Source of the DNA: Fidelibacterota bacterium
GTDB taxonomy: Bacteria; Fidelibacterota; Fidelibacteria; Fidelibacterales; Fidelibacteraceae
Assembly: GCA_030156395.1 (NCBI GenBank)
Contig: JASGMP010000003.1
Coordinates: forward strand, 32,711-64,710
Direction of reading: 5' to 3'
Length of the DNA: 32,000 bases
Part shown: in pieces, positions 16,600 to 23,014 of the stretch
Position numbering within the stretch: the stretch's first letter is position 1
Layout of the letters: the number at the start of each line of letters is the position of its first letter
The notes under the pieces: generated by a model
What the model saw: the letters and a program-made list of their open reading frames with translations, nothing else
Database searches by the model: none
Told to the model about the DNA's origin: nothing
Program-made: the position numbers and the translations under genes

Positions 16600-17541
16600 T
16601 CAGAACTGTCCTGAATTAATCATATCCCGAACCTTGCTGACCAATTCGCTTTCCGGATACTCTTCCAGCAGTGTTTTAAAAGCCTCAAGACCTTCCACTT
16701 GCCGGCCCATTTTCAGGTAGGAAAGTCCGATTTTGAACTGGGCATGATCGGCTTTATTCCCGTTCGGCAGTGTTTTGACTTTTTCAAATTCCTCAATCGC
16801 CCGGCTATAGAGCCCTTGGGCATAATACCCTTCTCCTATCCAGTATTGACAATTGTCGGAATAATCATGATCCGGAGCAATTCGAATCAATTCCCTAAAT
16901 TCCTCGATGGCTTTATTCCGTTGCCTGTCAAACAACAAGTCCAGGGCATCCTGATACCGCTGCAGATATTCATCCTGAGTCAGATCCATCACAGGACTGA
17001 TCGCCGCATCCAGAGCACATGTATCGGTTGCAACTTTTTCTGAAACCGTATCTGTTTTTACCGGTTCATCCCGGGTGATAACTTGTAATAAATTTTGTTC
17101 GGATTCTTTGACAGCCGCCGTTTCCAAGGCTTTTCGAATGGAATCCTGCGAGGCATTCAGGTACGATTGAAGCAATTCATTTTGCCGTTTCAATTCCAGG
17201 TTTTTTTCATCCAGCTCCGAGAGCATACCTTCCAGCTCTTCAGCGGACAGTTTCTCATTTATCAACCTGGCACGAAGAGAATCTCGATGGTTTTCCAGCT
17301 CAATAATATTGGATTTCAGTTCACTGATTTCACTCTGGAGGATAATAATCTGATTTTTCAGATCTAGGATCTCAATGGTTTTCTGCTGAACCTCTTGTTC
17401 GCGTCTCCGCAAATCGTCTTCAGTCCGCTGTAATTTTTCAGGGGGAACATCCGGTCGGGATCCGCCACAGGAAACAAAAAAAAGGACGGGGACAAGAAGA
17501 ACGATCATCGCATGCGGTAACGCAAAGACTCGCCTAATCAT
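16600..17541 (-). CDS. Lipoprotein with long coiled coil and CpoB/YbgF-like TPR C-terminus
   Basis: The ATG at 17541 gives a lipoprotein signal MIRRVFALPHAMIVLLVPVLFFVSCGG. The track start at 17586 is a TTG inside the upstream gene. The heptad region includes LKNQIIILQSEISELKSNIIELENHRDSL. The C-terminal TPRs read YQDALDLLFDRQRNKAIEEFRELIRIAPDHDYSDNCQYWIGEGYYAQGLYSRAIEEFEKV...YPESELVSKVRDMI. Confidence 0.6.
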   Translation of the reverse strand: MIRRVFALPHAMIVLLVPVLFFVSCGGSRPDVPPEKLQRTEDDLRRREQEVQQKTIEILDLKNQIIILQSEISELKSNIIELENHRDSLRARLINEKLSAEELEGMLSELDEKNLELKRQNELLQSYLNASQDSIRKALETAAVKESEQNLLQVITRDEPVKTDTVSEKVATDTCALDAAISPVMDLTQDEYLQRYQDALDLLFDRQRNKAIEEFRELIRIAPDHDYSDNCQYWIGEGYYAQGLYSRAIEEFEKVKTLPNGNKADHAQFKIGLSYLKMGRQVEGLEAFKTLLEEYPESELVSKVRDMINSGQF

Positions 17542-18460
17542 ATTCCTCCCAATTAATGCTGTATGAATAACCAATAAATGTACCAAAAGAAGTCGGGATA
17601 TTCAATGTGAACCTTCCTGTGGCGCCGGGCAGCAGGGCAGCATCGGAACTAACCCCGCTGGCATAATTCATAAAAGATCCTTTGACGAAAGTTGTCAGGG
17701 TTTTTGTCTCGCCACTCCAGTTCATACGAAAAACAAAGGTAACCTTCACAAAATCAGCACGACGGGCACCAATATTCTTTACCTCTCCTGAAAAAATACG
17801 ATTTCCCGAGAGATCGGTACTTTCACGGATATTTCCCACCAAAATACAATTGGCATTGACCGCTGAGGGTGAAGGTCTGTCCGGCAACTCAAGTGGGGAA
17901 ATGGTCTCCGCCGTTGGTGCAGATATCAGCCTCTCTGCAGCCTGATTCTGTGTAACGGCTGGACTTTCAATCGCCGATGAGGGAATATTATCTACAATAC
18001 GCACCACTTCATCACGAGGAATGACTACGTATCCGATAAGTGTTTGAATTTTTAAAATATCACTATCCTGATACATAATCTTGCCAAACACACTGGTCCC
18101 GTTTTGAAGGATTATTTCTTTGTTGTAAATTTTCAGAGGGTTTTCCCAAAGGCTGGATTGAGCTTTCAGCTCTTTCAGCTCGGATTCCAGATATTTAATC
18201 CGCGCTCCCTGTTTTTTTAATTCATAGGAGAGCTCATTCAACACAAAGGGATAATCCCGTTCCTGAATCACACTATCCCTGTTTCCGGATCCTGTGATCT
18301 CATTCATCTCCTGTTGGATTAAATCATTCTGCAAGGCTATTTCAGCGGAATCACCTGCAAACACTTCGTCCTCTTCGGGACCTTCGCCCCCCCTGAACCA
18401 GGCACAACCTGACAACAACACCAAAACGGTTCCCAAACGAAGCCATCGATTGAGGGACAT
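17534..18460 (-). CDS. Lipoprotein, unknown function (coiled coil + two small beta domains)
   Basis: 308-aa ORF and first gene of the operon. Canonical lipobox LVLLSGC, a short coiled coil (IKYLESELKELKAQ), and a beta-rich C-terminal domain (FSGEVKNIGARRADFVKVTFVFRM...). I cannot name a family with confidence. Confidence 0.55.
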   Translation of the reverse strand: MSLNRWLRLGTVLVLLSGCAWFRGGEGPEEDEVFAGDSAEIALQNDLIQQEMNEITGSGNRDSVIQERDYPFVLNELSYELKKQGARIKYLESELKELKAQSSLWENPLKIYNKEIILQNGTSVFGKIMYQDSDILKIQTLIGYVVIPRDEVVRIVDNIPSSAIESPAVTQNQAAERLISAPTAETISPLELPDRPSPSAVNANCILVGNIRESTDLSGNRIFSGEVKNIGARRADFVKVTFVFRMNWSGETKTLTTFVKGSFMNYASGVSSDAALLPGATGRFTLNIPTSFGTFIGYSYSINWEEYD

Positions 18461-18532
18461 CCTGTTTTCCTTTTTTATTCTGAATTTACGGTTGTTGAAT
18501 CACAACTTTCAACATATATACATACTTAAAAA

Positions 18533-18561
18533 AATATAAATTCAAAACACATGAAAGTCAA
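18533..18561 (-). promoter_or_regulatory. Sigma70-type promoter candidate for the eight-gene operon
   Basis: The minus strand reads TTGACT (18561-18556), a 17-nt spacer, then TATATT (18538-18533). It lies about 70 nt upstream of the ATG at 18460, in an AT-rich 193-nt intergenic region. Confidence 0.5.
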
Positions 18562-18599
18562 GATAAAAACTATATATCATTGTTTTAAACCCTTTCATT

Positions 18600-18631
18600 A
18601 AAAAATTTGTTGAGACTTTTCTTAAAAGTCC
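18600..18631 (-). terminator. Weak terminator-like hairpin after the eRF1-like gene
   Basis: The minus strand reads GGACTTTT-AAG-AAAAGTCT (7 Watson-Crick pairs plus one G-U), then CAACAAA and TTTTTT. The stem is AT-rich and the T-tract is displaced, so support is low. Confidence 0.3.
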
Positions 18632-18653
18632 CTGCATTATCAACAAGTTACGG

Positions 18654-19778
18654 TCAATATCGAAGTAATCCGCACACGGGAGAGAATTCGCCCATCTCCG
18701 AGGAGATGAATTCAATTTTCGCCCCGGTATCTAAAGCCATGTGAATCAGTTCGTCGGTGATATCCAGAGTCCGCTCCATAGGATGGCCGCAGTTGGGGCA
18801 TACATCTTCTTCCTCCGTTGTCATGTACAGGCACCATTTACATACTCTGCCTTTAGTTTGAAAACCCTCCTGGATCATCAGCATATCTACCCGCCCCTGC
18901 TGGAGGGCTTCTTCCGTCTGATGTATGCCGGCAACCCCCTTATGGTTTTTGTGAAATTCATTGGCAAACATGTTCAGAATGTCTTTCTCAAAATCTATGC
19001 GGCATCCCGGAATTTCTTTATCCACAAGCTGAAAAACTTTATCCATGGAAAGATTGGGGTCTACCGGAATTTCACGGGCGATTTTATCCTTCAAGCCCGA
19101 TTTGAGATAGTTCGCAAAATCAGACATACTCTCCCGGAGTCCACCTAAAAGGATCCAGTCAAAATGGTATTTTTGATCCAGGGTATCCAGTTGTGCTGCC
19201 ACATTTTTAAAATGTTTAGCCACAACTTCTTCCCGGTGACGTTCATTTTTCCGCTCTTCCATGCCACCAAAACCACCTTCATTGGCATCTTCAGGAAGCA
19301 AATTCACCACATTGAAAAGTTCCTCCTTATTCCCAAGATGATTCATAAGAATCTTAGCCTTTCCCTGATCCACCAGAACAATGGCATAATTCCGTTCATG
19401 GCTGATGCCTTCCAGAAAAGGGCGCAGATAAGGACGATCCTGTATCACCATCATATTTTCCACGGGAAATCCCAAATGAATTACCCTCCATACATACGCC
19501 CGGTTGGATGAGATCATCATTAACGACCGGCGTTCTTCTCCCAGCTGATTTTTGAGAAATTTGATAATGCCCTCCACATCTTTCTCAACCGACATTTTCT
19601 CCTGATCCGAAAGGTTTTTATAAAATGTCTTGTCCTTTTTTTGTTTAAACATGTTATTTACCACAATATCTGCATTCCGGAGCTTTTGGGATGTTGATAC
19701 GTCAAGATAAACCGTTGTGACGGGATTTCCCTCGGTTTTCAGGGTTTGCAGAGACTGAATTACCGTTACTGAATTCAT
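18654..19778 (-). CDS. Bacterial eRF1/Pelota-like (baeRF-type) protein with inserted CxxC...CxxC zinc ribbon
   Basis: 374-aa ORF with an AAGGAGGG RBS. The N-terminal ...PVTTVYLDVS is typical of bacterial eRF1-like families. A Gly-rich loop (EGGFGGMEERKNERH) sits where eRF1 carries GGQ. Domain-3-like GVAGIHQTEEALQQGRVDMLMI and the C-terminal ...VCGLLRY resemble the eRF1/Pelota GGIxAxLRY end. The zinc ribbon is CKWCLYMTTEEEDVCPNCGHPM. Confidence 0.55.
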   Translation of the reverse strand: MNSVTVIQSLQTLKTEGNPVTTVYLDVSTSQKLRNADIVVNNMFKQKKDKTFYKNLSDQEKMSVEKDVEGIIKFLKNQLGEERRSLMMISSNRAYVWRVIHLGFPVENMMVIQDRPYLRPFLEGISHERNYAIVLVDQGKAKILMNHLGNKEELFNVVNLLPEDANEGGFGGMEERKNERHREEVVAKHFKNVAAQLDTLDQKYHFDWILLGGLRESMSDFANYLKSGLKDKIAREIPVDPNLSMDKVFQLVDKEIPGCRIDFEKDILNMFANEFHKNHKGVAGIHQTEEALQQGRVDMLMIQEGFQTKGRVCKWCLYMTTEEEDVCPNCGHPMERTLDITDELIHMALDTGAKIEFISSEMGEFSPVCGLLRY

Positions 19779-19843
19779 ATCAGCCCTCCTTAAACTAATG
19801 GTTATGTTGGGATATTTATGTTATACAAGGCATATCTATTTTC

Positions 19844-19873
19844 AATATACGGGATGTTTGTTTCACTTTTCAA
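19844..19873 (-). promoter_or_regulatory. Sigma70-type promoter candidate for the eRF1-like gene
   Basis: The minus strand reads TTGAAA (19873-19868), an 18-nt spacer, then TATATT (19849-19844), about 65 nt upstream of the ATG at 19778. The 9-mer TATTGAAAA occurs twice (19839-19847 and 19867-19875 in plus-strand coordinates). Confidence 0.45.
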
Positions 19874-19954
19874 TAGTTTTACTCGGCATACTTCAGAATG
19901 TTGCTTTCTATTTTCCGTCTTTTTTCCTTACCTTTTCAGGGTAAAGGGGGTCTT

Positions 19955-20377
19955 ATGAAATCACTGACAAAATACCTTACATTTAACATTCCCACACGGA
20001 TGGATTTTGTAAATATAACCGGACAGGTGGAAGATCTCGTTCGTGAATCGGGCATACAGGAGGGATTGTGCCTGGTTAATGCTATGCACATAACCGCTTC
20101 AGTTTTCATTAATGATGATGAACCTGGGCTACATCAGGATTATAAGCGCTGGCTGGAAAAACTGGCCCCCTTTGATCCGGGTACAGATCTCTATGCCCAC
20201 AACCGGACCGGAGAAGATAACGGCGATGCCCACCATAAGCGACAAATTATGGGACGTGAGGTCGTTGTGGGCATCACAAAGGGCCGTCTTGATTTCGGCC
20301 CGTGGGAACAGATTTTTTACGGCGAATTCGACGGACGCAGACCCAAACGGGTTCTGGTGAAAATGATAGGAGAATAA
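19955..20377 (+). CDS. yjbQ: YjbQ/UPF0047 family protein (secondary thiamine-phosphate synthase-type)
   Basis: The ATG at 19955 is preceded by AAGGGGG. The track start at 19898 adds 19 non-conserved residues. The family pattern is present throughout ([22 protein letters not shown]...[21 protein letters not shown]...[38 protein letters not shown]). Confidence 0.8.
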   Translation: MKSLTKYLTFNIPTRMDFVNITGQVEDLVRESGIQEGLCLVNAMHITASVFINDDEPGLHQDYKRWLEKLAPFDPGTDLYAHNRTGEDNGDAHHKRQIMGREVVVGITKGRLDFGPWEQIFYGEFDGRRPKRVLVKMIGE

Positions 20378-20385
20378 AGTTTCCT

Positions 20386-20691
20386 ATGGATGAGAGTCTC
20401 ATACAATCCCTCCGGGCACATATTGACAGGATTGACAAATCGCTGGTTGATCTTTTATCCCAAAGAATGGAGCTGGCATATCAGATCGGAAAGGAGAAAG
20501 GGAAAACAGGGCAACCGGTAACGGTCTTGGCCCGTGAAGAAGAAATTTACCACTCTCTGGAAGGTCTGAATTCCCGCTTTTTATCATCTGAAGACCTGAA
20601 AGCCATATTTGCACAGATCATTGCCCTGGGCCGTAAAGCCGGGGAAGAGGGGGCCAGAGAAGTAAATCAAAAGATAGGACAAACATCATGA
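20386..20691 (+). CDS. Chorismate mutase, AroQ class (monofunctional)
   Basis: 101 aa from the ATG at 20386. Pattern LRAHIDRIDKSLVDLLSQRMELAYQIGKEK...VLAREEEI. ATGA overlap with the DAHP synthase start. The track's upstream extension overlaps yjbQ. Confidence 0.8.
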   Translation: MDESLIQSLRAHIDRIDKSLVDLLSQRMELAYQIGKEKGKTGQPVTVLAREEEIYHSLEGLNSRFLSSEDLKAIFAQIIALGRKAGEEGAREVNQKIGQTS

Positions 20692-21710
20692 TTATTGTCA
20701 TGAACCCGGATGCAAAAGAAGCCCAGATTGAACAAATCTCAGAACATTTGCACAAATTGGATCTGAAAATTCACAAATCCCAGGGTGAGGATCACATGAT
20801 TCTGGGAGTTATCGGAGATATATCCCGGGTCGATATCGAAAAAGTCAAAGGATTTGACGGTGTTAACAAGGTTATCCGGATATCCGAAAGTTACAAGCAG
20901 TGTTCCCGGACATTTAAACCCACAAATACCGTTGTCCATGTAGGGAAAATCCCCTTTGGAGGCAGGGAAATTGCTGTCATCGCCGGCCCCTGTTCTGTGG
21001 AAAACGAAAAGATGGTACATAAACTCTCTCGGGAAATCAAACGGTACGGTGCCCATGTACTCAGGGGTGGCGCTTATAAACCCAGGTCATCCCCCTATAC
21101 GTTTCAAGGTTTGGGAGAAGAGGGACTAAAATACCTGCAGGATGCTGCTTTTGCATCGGGAATCCCTTGTGTTTCCGAAGTCATGGCCATATCAGATATA
21201 GATCTATTTTGCAAGTATGTAGATGCCCTGCAGGTAGGTGCCCGAAATATGCAGAATTACAGCCTTCTCAAAGCTCTGGGGACTGTAAACAAGCCGATAA
21301 TCCTCAAGCGGGGCATTTCCGCCACCGTGGAAGAGTGGCTGAATGCTGCCGAATATATTGTAAATGGCGGCAATTCACAGGTTATCTTATGCGAGCGGGG
21401 AATCCGGACATTTGAAAATTCAACCCGTTTTACCCTGGATCTTTCGTCCGTCCCCGTGGTGAAAAAATTGTCCCATCTGCCTATCATTGTGGATCCAAGC
21501 CATGCTATGGGAAACCGGGATCTTGTGGTTCCCATGGCTCGGGCCGCGGTGGCCGCCGGAGCAGACGGAATTATGGTGGAAGTCCACGACGACCCCAACA
21601 ACGCCCTCTCTGACGGTCCCCAATCTCTCTATCCCAAACAATTCAACCACCTTATGAAAGAGCTCCATATTATCAGCCAGGTCATCGGGAGGGGATTGCT
21701 GAAGAAATGA
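20688..21710 (+). CDS. aroF: 3-deoxy-7-phosphoheptulonate (DAHP) synthase, type I-beta with N-terminal ferredoxin-like regulatory domain
   Basis: 340 aa, colinear by eye with the Thermotoga-type DAHPS. N-terminal MIIVMNPDAKEAQIEQI...ILGVIGD is followed by IAGPCSVEN...VLRGGAYKPRSSPYTFQGLGEEGLKYL...IVDPSHA. Confidence 0.9.
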   Translation: MIIVMNPDAKEAQIEQISEHLHKLDLKIHKSQGEDHMILGVIGDISRVDIEKVKGFDGVNKVIRISESYKQCSRTFKPTNTVVHVGKIPFGGREIAVIAGPCSVENEKMVHKLSREIKRYGAHVLRGGAYKPRSSPYTFQGLGEEGLKYLQDAAFASGIPCVSEVMAISDIDLFCKYVDALQVGARNMQNYSLLKALGTVNKPIILKRGISATVEEWLNAAEYIVNGGNSQVILCERGIRTFENSTRFTLDLSSVPVVKKLSHLPIIVDPSHAMGNRDLVVPMARAAVAAGADGIMVEVHDDPNNALSDGPQSLYPKQFNHLMKELHIISQVIGRGLLKK

Positions 21711-23014
21711 AATCCCGTGAATTTGCAGTTATCGGTTACGGCCGTTTCGGTCGGGTATTTGCATCCATCCTTAGCCGCTACGGAAATGTATCTGTTTATG
21801 ATATCCATCCCTTTACCCCTGAAAAGAAAATCCAACAGGTATCCCTGGAGGAAGCGCTTCAAAAAGAGGTAATTTTCCTTTGTATCCCCATATCAGCCAT
21901 CCCAGCCTTTCTTCATGAGAACCGGAACAAAATAAATCCGTCATCCACCATGATAGACACAGGATCAGTCAAAATGTATCCCATACGATGGATGGATGAG
22001 ATAATCCCGCATATCCCCCACCTGGGAATCCATCCCCTTTTTGGGCCGGACAGTTACGCGGAAAACCGGGTCAATCTGATTATCCTGACACCTTCCAATC
22101 AATATCCGCAACTGGCTGAAATTTGGCGGGATACTTTTCAGGAATGGCATTTTTTTACCCGGATTCTAAGCCCGGATGAGCATGATAAACACATTGCCAA
22201 ATCCCAGGGACTCACTCATTTTATCGGAAATATTCTTTTGACCCTGAATTTACCGGAGTCTAAAACACCCACAAAGGGGTATGGAATGCTCCGGGCTGTG
22301 GAAGCTTTTTGCAGCAACGACACGCCCCAGCTTTTCAGAGATATGCTGATGTACAATGAACACTCCTCAGAGATGTTCAGGGCATTTATGAAAGCAACCC
22401 ATACCGTCGCGTCCCTGATACGTAAGGAATCTTTCAGCATCCAAAAAGAGAAGATTCGTGTCGGAGCCATGGGCGACGAAGGGAGTTTTTCCCATGAGGC
22501 CGCATTACAATACATCCGGGATCATCAGCTGGTGAATGGAGAAGTGCTTTGCCTAACATCAGCAGAAAATGTCCTGGAACATCTTGAACTGGGGCGAATC
22601 GACATCGGTCTGCTACCTATTCAAAATGCCGTAGGCGGCGTGGTTCAGGAAACCCTGACTCATCTGGCGGGAACCCGCTGCAAAATTTCCGGTCATTTCC
22701 CTTTTCTGGTCAAACAGTGTCTTTTGTCCCGGCAGGATTTTGAAGGGAAACCAGCTTCCATTCATTCACATCCTCAGGCACTTCGGCAATGCAAAAGCTA
22801 CCTGAGCACCCATTATCCGGATGTTCCCCAGATAGAAGAACGGGATACTGCTGCCGCAGCTGCCATGCTGTCTCGGGGAGATCTTCCCCCGAATGCCTTT
22901 GTGATTGCCCCTGAAACCTGTGTAAAATTGCATCATTTAAAACTGGTCCGGTCCGGTATTCAGGATTTGGACTACAATATCACGGATTTTATTTCCGTTA
23001 TCATGGATGATTGA
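21707..23014 (+). CDS. Fusion protein: prephenate dehydrogenase (TyrA) N-terminal + prephenate dehydratase (PheA PDT domain) C-terminal, no ACT domain
   Basis: aa 1-245: Rossmann motif AVIGYGRFG, catalytic region GIHPLFGPD, DEHDKHIAKSQGLTHFIG (TyrA). aa 249-435: GDEGSFSHEAA, GLLPIQNAVGGVVQETL, SHPQALRQCKSYL, RDTAAAAAML, NITDF (PDT). The protein ends a few residues after the NxTRF-equivalent motif, where an ACT domain would normally begin. Confidence 0.8.
   Translation: MKSREFAVIGYGRFGRVFASILSRYGNVSVYDIHPFTPEKKIQQVSLEEALQKEVIFLCIPISAIPAFLHENRNKINPSSTMIDTGSVKMYPIRWMDEIIPHIPHLGIHPLFGPDSYAENRVNLIILTPSNQYPQLAEIWRDTFQEWHFFTRILSPDEHDKHIAKSQGLTHFIGNILLTLNLPESKTPTKGYGMLRAVEAFCSNDTPQLFRDMLMYNEHSSEMFRAFMKATHTVASLIRKESFSIQKEKIRVGAMGDEGSFSHEAALQYIRDHQLVNGEVLCLTSAENVLEHLELGRIDIGLLPIQNAVGGVVQETLTHLAGTRCKISGHFPFLVKQCLLSRQDFEGKPASIHSHPQALRQCKSYLSTHYPDVPQIEERDTAAAAAMLSRGDLPPNAFVIAPETCVKLHHLKLVRSGIQDLDYNITDFISVIMDD

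Noticed and set aside
18551-18598. 7-bp inverted repeat ATGAAAG ... CTTTCAT flanking the -35 region of the operon promoter, considered as an operator.
   Set aside because: The arms are short and AT-rich, separated by 34 nt, in an AT-rich region. This is easily explained by chance.
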